Below are positions 16,401 to 24,606 of a stretch of DNA of 32,000 nt, one piece after another. Below the pieces are notes generated by a model. It worked only from the letters and a program-made list of their open reading frames with translations, did no database searches and was not told the origin of the DNA. Both the position numbers and the translations under genes were made by a program. Each line of letters starts with the position of its first letter. Positions within the stretch are counted from its first letter, which is position 1. Source of the DNA: Candidatus Hermodarchaeota archaeon (GTDB taxonomy: Archaea; Asgardarchaeota; Heimdallarchaeia; Hodarchaeales; Hodarchaeaceae); assembly GCA_048886185.1 (NCBI GenBank), contig JBHLKY010000016.1, forward strand, positions 30,001-62,000, in the 5' to 3' direction.

Positions 16401-17924
16401 GTGAATGGGAGTGATGGTATACGATTAGGTTACTCTCAATCCAGTCTAATTTCTGATAATATTGTACTCAACTCAACTCATGGAATTGATCTTGTCTTTT
16501 CTGGAAATAGCACTTTAATTAACAATATGGTCATTAATACTAGTACTGAGGGAATTAGTCTCAGAAATTCAGGTAAGAGTAGGTTGATTGGGAATATGGT
16601 CTCCAATAGTGATAGTACTGGGATTGCAATTGGTGGGGATTCTATGTGGCACTGCTATTATTCAAATCCTTCTGATGACTGTATTCTGACGAATAACACG
16701 GTTAAAAACAATAATAGAGATGGAATCGCATTGGTGGGATCCAGTAGGTGTGGTCTCATGAACAACACGGTTACAGCTAATACTGGGTCAGGTATTGCTC
16801 TTGAATGTTCTTCCGAGAATTATATTTTCTTTAATACAGTAGCTTTTAATAATGGAACAGGGATTCATCTTAACGGTCTTAGGTCAAACACATTAGCTGG
16901 TAATACTATTTATAACAATCAGGCTTATGGGATCCAACTATATTGGGGTGATAATAATCGCATTCACAATAACTATTTAGGGAATAATAATAAGGGCGAA
17001 TCTCAAGCGTATGATGGTGGTGATAACAATCTCTTTGACTACAATTTTTGGGCTGATTGGCTCACTCCTGATGAAGATCATGATGGCATCGTAGATTATT
17101 CGTACTTAATTGAGGGCCCAGCAATCAATTCCGACCATTATCCATTGGTGACATCAAAACATCTTGTACTTGGTTTTATTATCAGTCCGAGGGAAGGTGA
17201 GACCATTCGTGGCATTTTTACCCTCGAATGGACAGCAATGGATTCACTTAACCATGATATCACTTACTTAGTCTCTTATTCCAATGATGAGAGCATGACT
17301 TGGACTTCAATTCAAACAGGATTAAAGACTCCTTCCTACAATTTGGATACCAGAACTGTATCAGATGGTTCCCCATATCTCATACAAGTTAATGCGAGCT
17401 GTAGCGAGGGACAATGGAGTATCCTGACTTCTAACTCCTTCACTATTGATAATTCTCGCCACTTTCAACCTTTCAATCTCCTTTCACCCACAGGAGGAGA
17501 GATATTCACTGGAGCAATCCTAATTCAATGGGCCCCTGCAGAAGACATCTTCAATCACAATGTGACTTACTCAATTTCATATTCCGCCGATAATGGCGTT
17601 TCTTGGGTACCTATCACCCTAAACCTCACTAAAACCACATATCTCTGGGACACTTTAACTGTCGCTGATGGTTTCTATTTTCTCCAAGTTAATGCGAGCT
17701 GTGAGGAGGGATCTTGGCAAATTGTTCTTTGCAACACTCCTTTTAAGATTGATAATGTGCCTTCTAGTAATTGGTCTTCATCAACTCCCCTGTCTAACTC
17801 TTCTGATCACTACTTCGATCCCTTGACTTTGCTTCCTTTCCTCCAGCTTCTGGGATTGGGGAGTACCTTGTTCTTTGTGGCGACTCTAGTGATTATTATC
17901 CGAAGAAGCCAGAAGGATTACTAA
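13485..17924 (+). CDS. Large type-I membrane surface protein: NosD/CASH right-handed beta-helix repeats, inserted C-type lectin domain, two Ig/FN3-like domains, C-terminal TM
   Basis: Signal-peptide-like N-terminus, many NNxI...GIxL repeats, CTLD at 15540-15890, duplicated ~100-aa beta-sandwich, C-terminal LLGLGSTLFFVATLVIIIRRSQKDY anchor. Confidence 0.9.
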   Translation: MKRITLQSLILCLVLLLFVPEVVLERRTISWLPPPSERPPFPDYSRKRASTLQYQPHSSISIDGNADFTDQATAENWPGNGSDSNPFIITNLLITGTPGERLIDIRNTDVHFKIIHCYLSQGETIFLQQVRNGHFYWNIITNSSGEGILLEGSNYCSLAHNTVINSHRSGIRLEDSGNNHLINNTVNSNRGNGIEIRYSYNTNLFNNTISYNRRGIYQYESDYCVLVNNTATTNHGQGIYLRYSEYNEISGNLITNNSEYGLIFERSGSNIIRDNVLRNNSFLIEGQSLEDYSQIEVENNTIDKKPLLFWQQITGGSISSGVAGVNILVDCHSTELINQNVTGITAAFCSNLSICNNTIIKEGLHIENSPASLISDNIVVNSSDYGIFLDFSENSTLVNNTVTNCTLEGIIFRNSENSLLTNNTVTKNGRTGIYLDDSFSSTLSHNNVTNNGGEGILVYYSDSCILSHNIVFNNEQTGIFIYRSETSTLSHNLLNDNSGRGLTLRWSGGSNILNNHIAHNTQTGLVLDYSVNNRIKDNTFQDNSLEIIGNDLGDYLQAEVDNNSVNNKPIIYWQHVTGDSIPNGVAGSIILVNCHSIEVTNQNVMGIMAAFSTNLSIQFNIIRNSNYGIRLDSCEDIIISSNTIANNTYGIQIEHFQKVQILNNIIENNKGIGVKTYYSPLKTLRYNGHEYHLLPFDRTWADAKADCEARGGHLVTITSPQENAMVTELLSGYSAWIGLTDENTEREWQWVTGEAVTYTNWGWGQPDDSDGEDGEDYAEIYGDGEWNDFPGSRYLYYVCEWDMIQTTEPHPFSSISGNKIINNSWGIHLRENFQIRLSDNFLENNSLSGLKLDDSGECNITNNQLVNNGGGIELWASFLNNIINNTVTTTLGSQGFLMDGGDSAYYFQADVRNNTINKKPLIFWQHTVGGTVQSGGGQIILVNCSHLTVKNQQVASISGFICTNLTVQGNIVVNGSDGIRLGYSQSSLISDNIVLNSTHGIDLVFSGNSTLINNMVINTSTEGISLRNSGKSRLIGNMVSNSDSTGIAIGGDSMWHCYYSNPSDDCILTNNTVKNNNRDGIALVGSSRCGLMNNTVTANTGSGIALECSSENYIFFNTVAFNNGTGIHLNGLRSNTLAGNTIYNNQAYGIQLYWGDNNRIHNNYLGNNNKGESQAYDGGDNNLFDYNFWADWLTPDEDHDGIVDYSYLIEGPAINSDHYPLVTSKHLVLGFIISPREGETIRGIFTLEWTAMDSLNHDITYLVSYSNDESMTWTSIQTGLKTPSYNLDTRTVSDGSPYLIQVNASCSEGQWSILTSNSFTIDNSRHFQPFNLLSPTGGEIFTGAILIQWAPAEDIFNHNVTYSISYSADNGVSWVPITLNLTKTTYLWDTLTVADGFYFLQVNASCEEGSWQIVLCNTPFKIDNVPSSNWSSSTPLSNSSDHYFDPLTLLPFLQLLGLGSTLFFVATLVIIIRRSQKDY
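15540..15890 (+). other. C-type lectin domain within the beta-helix protein
   Basis: YNGHEY..TWADAKADCEARGGHLVTITSPQEN..WIGLTD..EWQWVTGE..YTNW..GQPDD..WND..YVCEW: the canonical CTLD signatures. Confidence 0.92.
17184..17756 (+). repeat. Tandem duplication (~300 nt period) encoding two Ig/FN3-like domains
   Basis: SPREGE..W..YSND..W..DT.TV.DG..QVNASC..IDN occurs twice. The 18-nt CAAGTTAATGCGAGCTGT is identical at 17385 and 17685. Confidence 0.85.
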
Positions 17925-18025
17925 GTCTCACCCTATCAATTGTGATATTTGTAACTGAAGTGTAGATGCTAACTTATTTCAAGTAAACTATTATTTTTAA
18001 CTATCATCTTAAGGTGGTTGTACAT

Positions 18026-18721
18026 ATGGTTACTCCAATTGAAGAATTATCTACATTACCGATAGACAGAGATGAGATTGCTTTCATCTACTTTGGTTAT
18101 TCAGCAGTTATATTTCGAACACAGAACAAAACCATTGCCATTGATATGAGTAATATGAGTATTGATAGTGAAATTCAGATAAAAGCCTTAAAAGACCTTG
18201 ATCTACAATTTAATACTCATACTCATCGAGATCATTTTGATGTTGCAACAACAACGAAAATTTTCCAAGTTTCTAATGCTGAAATTATTGCTGATCTCCA
18301 GGTTGCGAAACAATTAGAGGGAAAGGTTCCTACTGATAAATTATATGCCCTGAAATCAGGTGAAACACAATTAATTAATAATTTGGAGATTGCAGCAGTG
18401 AGGGGAATCCATCCTGGAACAATCACTCTTTTTAGAATAAAGTGGCCTGATTTCAGTGTCTTTCATGGTGGGGATTCAGGATACTTTTCATTAACAAAGT
18501 ACTCTGCAGATCTAGCTTTTCTCCCCACAGGTGCCCCTTCTCCGAGTTGCTCTCCCGAGAATGCGCTTAAAATGGCCTTGGATATTAAACCAAAAGTGGT
18601 TGTGACGATGCATGGGAGCCAAGACCAAATGCAGAAGTTTAAGGCTATAGCCTTGAAAGAAATCCCCGATCTAAATGTAGTTATCCCCAAACTGAAGGAA
18701 CCAATCAAAATAACTATATAA
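18026..18721 (+). CDS. Metallo-beta-lactamase fold hydrolase (UlaG/Lactamase_B_3-like)
   Basis: YFGYSAV, THTHRDHFD (HxHxDH), VFHGGDSG, TMHG. ATG 18026 follows a GGTGG SD. Confidence 0.88.
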   Translation: MVTPIEELSTLPIDRDEIAFIYFGYSAVIFRTQNKTIAIDMSNMSIDSEIQIKALKDLDLQFNTHTHRDHFDVATTTKIFQVSNAEIIADLQVAKQLEGKVPTDKLYALKSGETQLINNLEIAAVRGIHPGTITLFRIKWPDFSVFHGGDSGYFSLTKYSADLAFLPTGAPSPSCSPENALKMALDIKPKVVVTMHGSQDQMQKFKAIALKEIPDLNVVIPKLKEPIKITI

Positions 18722-18750
18722 AGAAAAAAAAGAAGGAAGAATACTTTTTC

Positions 18751-19233
18751 TCATTTACTTGATTCTAGAATTAGTGCTTTCTCATGTTCAAATTCTTTAT
18801 CCGTGAGGACACCACTGTCTCGTAATGCAGCTAACCGTTCCAACCGAGACAATCGGTCTTTTCCTGAGCCTGAAAATGCTTTATCTACAATTCCTGCTAG
18901 CTCCTTATCAACAATAACTGCTCCTTTTCCAATCCCATATGTTATTGCTAGAAAGAAAAATCCAACCGCTAAGAGAATCAATCCTGTAATTAATAATATA
19001 AAAGAAGCAATTACTGGATCCGAAATAATAGTTTGATTACCAATTACCATGATTGGTACATCTACCAATATCTCTGGGTAGATCAATGGAATCCAAGATA
19101 AGGCTGTTACAAGGCCTCCTGCAAATCCAAGAGCAACTCCCACTATACCAAATACAAACAGAAAGAGTAAAACGAAGAATCCTGCTACTCCACGATAAGC
19201 AAGTTTTATTAGTCCACTACTTACATCACTCAT
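18751..19233 (-). CDS. Membrane protein with C-terminal SHOCT domain
   Basis: About three TM helices, then RLSRLERLAALRDSGVLTDKEFEHEKALIL, matching the SHOCT pattern LxxLxxLxxxGxITxEEFxxxKxxIL. Confidence 0.8.
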   Translation of the reverse strand: MSDVSSGLIKLAYRGVAGFFVLLFLFVFGIVGVALGFAGGLVTALSWIPLIYPEILVDVPIMVIGNQTIISDPVIASFILLITGLILLAVGFFFLAITYGIGKGAVIVDKELAGIVDKAFSGSGKDRLSRLERLAALRDSGVLTDKEFEHEKALILESSK

Positions 19234-19255
19234 TATTTTAACCTCTTTTGACTGA

Positions 19256-19263
19256 TATATAAA
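19256..19263 (-). promoter_or_regulatory. Putative TATA box of the SHOCT gene
   Basis: TTTATATA on the minus strand, 23 nt upstream of ATG 19233, with GAGG in between. Confidence 0.45.
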
Positions 19264-19363
19264 CGATCTTTATTACTTTTAAGGACTTTACTTTGTAGGT
19301 GTTAAATCAGTTTAGTAGTCAGTTTATTTTTTAATTGTTATTCATTCTTTTCTTATTATAACC

Positions 19364-19519
19364 CTATATCTGTACAGATTCTCCTTGATCACCATAACTC
19401 CCGTTTAAAAAAAAGTTTTGATGATTGTTTGAATTTTTACCTCGAACTTCCACATAAACCTCGAAATCTTGGTAAATAACGAAATAATAGGATCGTTTGC
19501 TCTCCCTTTCCCTATAAAT
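19364..19519 (-). CDS. Possible 51-aa small protein with ATT start (or decayed gene)
   Basis: Perfect GAGGTGA SD (19532-19526), 6-nt spacer, then ATT and an open frame IYRERESKRSYYFVIYQDFEVYVEVRGKNSNNHQNFFLNGSYGDQGESVQI*. Confidence 0.25.
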   Translation of the reverse strand: MYRERESKRSYYFVIYQDFEVYVEVRGKNSNNHQNFFLNGSYGDQGESVQI

Positions 19520-19553
19520 TAAACTTCACCTCAGGGTTTGATAAATTATAACT

Positions 19554-21356
19554 TTAGTACTTATCTAATTCATCCAGCAACATTTTCTTCAATTTATCAG
19601 AACCTTTCTTTTTCTCCTTCACTTGTGTTTCAGCGGGTGGAGGAGAGGGTGTAACTTCAGGTTTAGACGGAGGTGTGGGACCCCAACTCACTGATGGAGG
19701 AGGGGGAGGACTAGTTGGTGGGGGAATCGGGGATTCAGTTGTTTTTGGGGGAGGTGGGGCCTCGGTTATGGGAGGGAGAGGAGGAGCTTTTTTTGGTCCT
19801 TTGCTGACCCCCCAAAGTTTTTCTCGTGACGAAATAACGGTTATTACCATTGTTAGAATTGTTAGTGGTACACCTACAAGTATTAGGTCATTGTTTTGCT
19901 GAAATAGGCCAAAAATCGAAACACCAAGGTTAATTGTTGTCCAAGCTACCCACAAATATAGGAGAAGTGATTTAAATCTCTCAGAAATTGTATAAGTGGC
20001 AACCAGTAAGCAAAAAATAGCTAAAATACCAACTGCTATTCCGATCACATATGGTTCAATTCGCATGCTTTCTACAACAATTGTTTCGGTAAATAAATAG
20101 GTAACGGCAATACTGGTTAAAAGACCAGCTTGTGCGAGGAAAGCGAGGGTGATCGGGCCCCAATATGTTGTTGTTAGGCAATTCATTATTAATTTAAAAA
20201 ACAAATAAGCAACTAAGACAAGAAATAGTACTGTCAGAAAATTAGAAGTTTCCAGGAAGTTCTGGTACTCTCCTAAGATGAAGAAAGCAATATACGCCCC
20301 TGATAAAGCTACTAACAGATCGAAGTACCATAGTATCGCGTGTAGATTAAAATACGTTGAATTTTTAGTAATTTCTCTCTCCTTGGAGATTATTGAAGTT
20401 CCTAACTTAAAGAAAAAGATAATCTCACTAATGATGAATATCCCAAGTCCCCCTAAAAGAAGTGAGCTGATGTCAAGCGAATGGAATGTGATGAACAAGA
20501 ATCCACCTAATGACCAAATTGGAGTTGTTTGTAATAGATCAAAGGTGAATTCTAGTAATACCCATGTTTTTTCAGTATAGCTTGGAATGGGAAGACTAAA
20601 GTATTCCAAAGCGAGTAATGCTTCCATAACGGTTGCTAGAAGTATTAATCCTAATCCTAAAAGTCCATAAGACAATTGAAATGCCACTGTTCGGCCTTTT
20701 ATTGCAGTCTTTGGTAAAGAGCTTTCAAAAATACGGAATGGGATATAGATGAGAATAATAAATAAATCTAAGCGAAATTCAGGTGTGTTTTCAATAGGAA
20801 TAAAGACAAGTAACAGAAGCAAGAATATGATACCAGAGGATAGAGTTCCAAATATTCGGTGATAGAATTCGTCATTTTCCTTTTTCCAGAAATACAAAAA
20901 CTCTCCAGCAATAAAAAGTGCTATTGCAGAATAATATATGAGTCCAAAATCATTAGTAAAAATAATTATTATCCCAGAAAAAATAGTGACCACTGAGCTG
21001 AAAAGAATTGCAAATGTTAATTCCTCATGGGGTACACCAAGATAGATTGTTCGAAATGGCAAATAAATGACTAAAAATAGCACATCAATACGTGAACTTA
21101 TTAATTCAAGATCACCGATCAGGACAAAGGAGATTATAACGATTAGTAAGAATGAGGAAAGCAGACCAAAGGCGCGAGTATTCTTAATTTCACGTTCTAA
21201 CATGAACCAGAAGATAACTTCAGCTCCTAGTAGGAGAAACCACCCGCCAATCAGTTGTAGATCAATCCCCAATAATAAAGCAACAAGACCAGCTAATGAT
21301 GCAATTAAGGAGAGAAAATTTAGAAAGATGAAAATTACCACATGATCTGAAGACAT
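19554..21356 (-). CDS. Multi-pass membrane protein with internal 106-aa repeat and proline-rich C-terminal tail
   Basis: Roughly 14-16 hydrophobic segments, then KKAPPLPPITEAPPPPKTTESPIPPPTSPPPPPSVSWGPTPPSKPEVTPSPPPAE and terminal helix KLKKMLLDELDKY. GGTGG SD. Confidence 0.85.
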   Translation of the reverse strand: MSSDHVVIFIFLNFLSLIASLAGLVALLLGIDLQLIGGWFLLLGAEVIFWFMLEREIKNTRAFGLLSSFLLIVIISFVLIGDLELISSRIDVLFLVIYLPFRTIYLGVPHEELTFAILFSSVVTIFSGIIIIFTNDFGLIYYSAIALFIAGEFLYFWKKENDEFYHRIFGTLSSGIIFLLLLLVFIPIENTPEFRLDLFIILIYIPFRIFESSLPKTAIKGRTVAFQLSYGLLGLGLILLATVMEALLALEYFSLPIPSYTEKTWVLLEFTFDLLQTTPIWSLGGFLFITFHSLDISSLLLGGLGIFIISEIIFFFKLGTSIISKEREITKNSTYFNLHAILWYFDLLVALSGAYIAFFILGEYQNFLETSNFLTVLFLVLVAYLFFKLIMNCLTTTYWGPITLAFLAQAGLLTSIAVTYLFTETIVVESMRIEPYVIGIAVGILAIFCLLVATYTISERFKSLLLYLWVAWTTINLGVSIFGLFQQNNDLILVGVPLTILTMVITVISSREKLWGVSKGPKKAPPLPPITEAPPPPKTTESPIPPPTSPPPPPSVSWGPTPPSKPEVTPSPPPAETQVKEKKKGSDKLKKMLLDELDKY

Positions 21357-21464
21357 ATAACCACCAGAAAACAGGTAATGAACTGAGCTCTACTTCAAAA
21401 CTTATGTTATAGATGATTATATATAATGCTTTGGTTTCAAAAAGAGAGTACTCAAGGACTTTAA

Positions 21465-21929
21465 CTAGTTGTCAAAATTCAATATCTGATTCTGTTTAAT
21501 TTTCTTTAAAGTTATAGAAGTATAAGTTTTATTCACACCAGGAATTGTAGATATTTTTCTTTCGACAATGTTATGTAAATTGTCAATGTTCTGAGCATTA
21601 CCTAAACATAAAATGTCATGGATCCCTGTAGTAATTTTAATTACATGTATTTCTTCGATTTGTTCCAGTATTGCTAGTACATCATCCATTACACTAGCAT
21701 TTATATCTAATTCACAGATGAATTCGATTGGATAATTTACTTTCTCTGGATCTATTATTATTGAGAACTTTTTAATTATCTGTTTATTCCTTAATTTCTT
21801 CACACGGTCGGAAATAGTCTGTGCTGAAACACCACACTGATTAGCTATATTTTCATACGATTCTTTCCCATCATGGCTCAAATAACGAATAATTGTTAGG
21901 TCTATATCATCTAAATTTGTCGTAACCAT
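21465..21929 (-). CDS. Lrp/AsnC family transcriptional regulator
   Basis: LDDIDLTIIRYLSHDGKESYENIA..CGVSAQTISDRVKKL...TGIHDILC. ATG at 21929 follows a GGAG SD, so the ORF-track start at 21989 is probably too far upstream. Confidence 0.93.
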   Translation of the reverse strand: MVTTNLDDIDLTIIRYLSHDGKESYENIANQCGVSAQTISDRVKKLRNKQIIKKFSIIIDPEKVNYPIEFICELDINASVMDDVLAILEQIEEIHVIKITTGIHDILCLGNAQNIDNLHNIVERKISTIPGVNKTYTSITLKKIKQNQILNFDN

Positions 21930-21975
21930 GTTTAATACTCCATAAATATGAGTTGAAACCTTATTAAGTCTATTA

Positions 21976-22015
21976 AATTCAGAAAGCATTCCTGAATTAT
22001 ATCCTTTAATTCAGG
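21976..22015. promoter_or_regulatory. Three alternating AATTCAG/CTGAATT half-sites upstream of the Lrp/AsnC gene
   Basis: AATTCAG 21976-21982, CCTGAATTA 21991-21999, TAATTCAGG 22007-22015. The last two form a perfect 9-bp inverted repeat. Confidence 0.45.
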
Positions 22016-22023
22016 TATTTTTG

Positions 22024-22869
22024 TCATGTTGGTTGACGATTCAATCTCCAAAGAAGCCAATAACGATGGGCGATACTTGCAGGTAGGAGAGCTGGCAATA
22101 GAACTAGAAATCCCAGTACTATAAAAGAAGTGGTAATTTGATCAATATTTATTAATTGAAGAAAAATGTAAATTACGCCAGCAAATATTATATAAACCCC
22201 AATAAATACAATATAATCTGCTAAAGTTTCAAATGCTCCTTTTGCAAACCCAAATAATCCGTTTAATAATAATAGGCACAATTCAGCTATTCCTTGTAAC
22301 AAAAGAGAAATAAACTCAAAGAAACCTCGAAAGATCGCCATAACTGTTGCTGTTCCTCCTTTAATGACAGATCGTGCACCTGCTAGGATAGAATCAAGTC
22401 CAAGATAAGCTCCAGGAATTGCGATAAGAATTGCATAGAGGAATAAAAGAAATATTGCCATAAGTTCATTAAGTATTCCGAGTATGATTAATGCTCCAAT
22501 AAGAACTGCAAAAGGAACAATAAGAATCGAGAAACTGACTAATCCATCAATTCCTGGGTTCATTTCCTTTTTCTCTGGGTTACGAGAGAAAAACTGTACT
22601 GTGCGGTTAGCTTGAGTATAAGTCTTTGTAGGACGGGCACGACGAGTAAAATGAACGATTGATTCACCTTTGGGTTTCTTTGGTGCCTCTACGGTGACAT
22701 TAGTGATATCAAAATCTTTAAATTCATCCCTAGCAATTTTTCCTGCTTTTCTAAGTTCTCGATCTATGATATGACCAGCGTCAACCGCTTTTTTCCCCAA
22801 AAATCGTCCTAATTTCTTTGTTGTACTCTCTTTCTTTTCTTTTTCACTCATTGTAACTTTCATCCTCAT
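22024..22869 (-). CDS. Hypothetical membrane protein (basic soluble N-terminus, about 4 TM plus amphipathic helix)
   Basis: 281-aa ORF with K/R-rich N-terminal half and hydrophobic C-terminal half. Start may be the ATG of MSEKEKK. Confidence 0.75.
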   Translation of the reverse strand: MRMKVTMSEKEKKESTTKKLGRFLGKKAVDAGHIIDRELRKAGKIARDEFKDFDITNVTVEAPKKPKGESIVHFTRRARPTKTYTQANRTVQFFSRNPEKKEMNPGIDGLVSFSILIVPFAVLIGALIILGILNELMAIFLLFLYAILIAIPGAYLGLDSILAGARSVIKGGTATVMAIFRGFFEFISLLLQGIAELCLLLLNGLFGFAKGAFETLADYIVFIGVYIIFAGVIYIFLQLINIDQITTSFIVLGFLVLLPALLPASIAHRYWLLWRLNRQPT

Positions 22870-23281
22870 TTAATAGTAGAAAAAATAAAAAGAACAATCC
22901 TAGTTGGAAAAATTTTCATTTCACTTTAGAATATATAGAGAAATGAGATATTATTATAATTACTGTCAGAAAGAATGAATTGCCAAAAATCTCAATTATT
23001 GAAGAAAAAGAAGATTCTAACATGGTAAAATAATTACTTAAATATTTATATCCTTATTTCATAACTTTTTGAGTTATTTCTTTCTCCATACAACTAGTAA
23101 TCCTATTCCAACAAGAAAAAGAATGTGAAAGATAATGGTTTTTATTAACTCATTTCTGGAAATAATAATATTAAATTGAAATAATAGAAGAGCTCATCCG
23201 CATAGAACTAATTTTTGATAGATAAAACTCAGGTTGACAAGTTTAAAATAATCCTAAGTTCAATCTTTTCCCAAACATTAT

Positions 23282-23767
23282 TTGGTATTATTTTTGAATA
23301 AATTTATTAATGGTGATAGGGGACTGTTTTTCTGTTCACTCTGTACAGAGACAAAAAGTGGTATTACTGATCGTGTAAAATGCCCTGAATGTGCACGATT
23401 AATATGTAAAGAGTGTTTTGAAAGCCTCAGTTTAGTTGGCTTGGTTAATTGCCCATATTGCTCTTCTTCTCTCAATTTAGAGGAGATCAGTACAGAATCA
23501 TCAGAAGTCATTGATATTATAAAGGAAGGAACGAAAAAAATCGAGACTGGAGATTTATTCACTGCAGAAGTTTACTTTCAACAGGCCTTAAGGATCGACT
23601 CAAATTCAATTGCTGCTTGGAAAAAGCTCGAACAACTTTATTTTCAAATGAAAAACTGGGAGAAAACAAAATATTGTTTTTCAAAAGTTCTTCAAATGAA
23701 TCCAGAAGATCAAGAGGTAAAGAAAAACTATATTGAGGCTGACCATCGAATCAGAAGTTATTACTGA
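23282..23767 (+). CDS. 8-Cys zinc finger (RING- or FYVE-like) plus TPR repeats
   Basis: C-x2-C-x12-C-x2-C-x4-C-x2-C-x11-C-x2-C followed by two TPR-like units (..AEVYFQQALRIDSNSIAAWKKL..KYCFSKVLQMNPEDQEV). The TTG start is uncertain. Confidence 0.8.
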   Translation: MVLFLNKFINGDRGLFFCSLCTETKSGITDRVKCPECARLICKECFESLSLVGLVNCPYCSSSLNLEEISTESSEVIDIIKEGTKKIETGDLFTAEVYFQQALRIDSNSIAAWKKLEQLYFQMKNWEKTKYCFSKVLQMNPEDQEVKKNYIEADHRIRSYY

Positions 23768-23853
23768 AGTCTTTTCTGAATATAGAACTCAATCAATAAT
23801 ATGTTTCTCTATCTGAAAATCTAATAAATATAGGCGAATTTAAGCAGTATGAG

Positions 23854-24606
23854 ATGACTGAGCGTAAGAAGGGGAACATGGCTTCTAGGAAAAAACAGGT
23901 TTTTGGTGAAATTACCCGGAATGAACGCTTAATCCTTTTTGTCAAATTATTGATTGAATGGTTTCAATTAAATGGTCGTGATCTACCATGGCGACATACT
24001 CGTGATCCATATAAGATTCTTGTGAGCGAAATTATGCTTCAACAGACAAATGTAGAAATAGTCACTCCAATTTATAGAAAATTCTTGAAACGATTTCCAA
24101 CCATTCAAAGCTTGGCCCTATCTCCAATACAGGACGTCAAGAAAATTACTGATCAATTGGGATACAAACGTAGAGGTGAATATTTGCATGAAATTGCTAA
24201 ACAAATCGTTTTTGAGAAAAATGGAAAATTCCCCTCTACCTTAGATGATCTTTTAACTCTTAAAGGTATTGGCCGTTATACTGCCGGAGCGATTCTAAGT
24301 TTTGCTTTTGAAAAACCTGCTGCAATTGTCGATGTAAACGTTGAGAGAGTTTTTGAACGTATTTTCGGCTTATGGGAATGGGAAAAAAATGCTAAATTTG
24401 ATAAAGAAATATGGAAGCTTTCAAAAGCTATAATTGAAAATAAAACGGACATTTGGACAATAAATCAAGGGATATTAGATCTGGGGGCCATGGTTTGCAT
24501 TGCTCAGAAACCAAAATGTCCTTTATGCCCTATGGTTGAGATCTGTGAATATTATGCTATTATTATACCAAAAATCACTCCATTAGATTCATTCTTTAGT
24601 ATTTAA
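23854..24606 (+). CDS. mutY: Short MutY/MIG-like HhH-GPD DNA glycosylase with 4Fe-4S cluster
   Basis: RDLPWR, VSEIMLQQT (catalytic Glu), HhH LKGIGRYTAGAI, VDVNV (catalytic Asp), C-x6-C-x2-C-x5-C. Lacks the C-terminal NUDIX-like 8-oxoG domain of bacterial MutY. Confidence 0.85.
   Translation: MTERKKGNMASRKKQVFGEITRNERLILFVKLLIEWFQLNGRDLPWRHTRDPYKILVSEIMLQQTNVEIVTPIYRKFLKRFPTIQSLALSPIQDVKKITDQLGYKRRGEYLHEIAKQIVFEKNGKFPSTLDDLLTLKGIGRYTAGAILSFAFEKPAAIVDVNVERVFERIFGLWEWEKNAKFDKEIWKLSKAIIENKTDIWTINQGILDLGAMVCIAQKPKCPLCPMVEICEYYAIIIPKITPLDSFFSI

Noticed and set aside
22870-23281. 412-nt very AT-rich intergenic region as a possible replication origin or ncRNA
   Set aside because: No ORB-like repeats, no adjacent cdc6/orc1 gene and no stable structure seen; consistent with divergent promoters.
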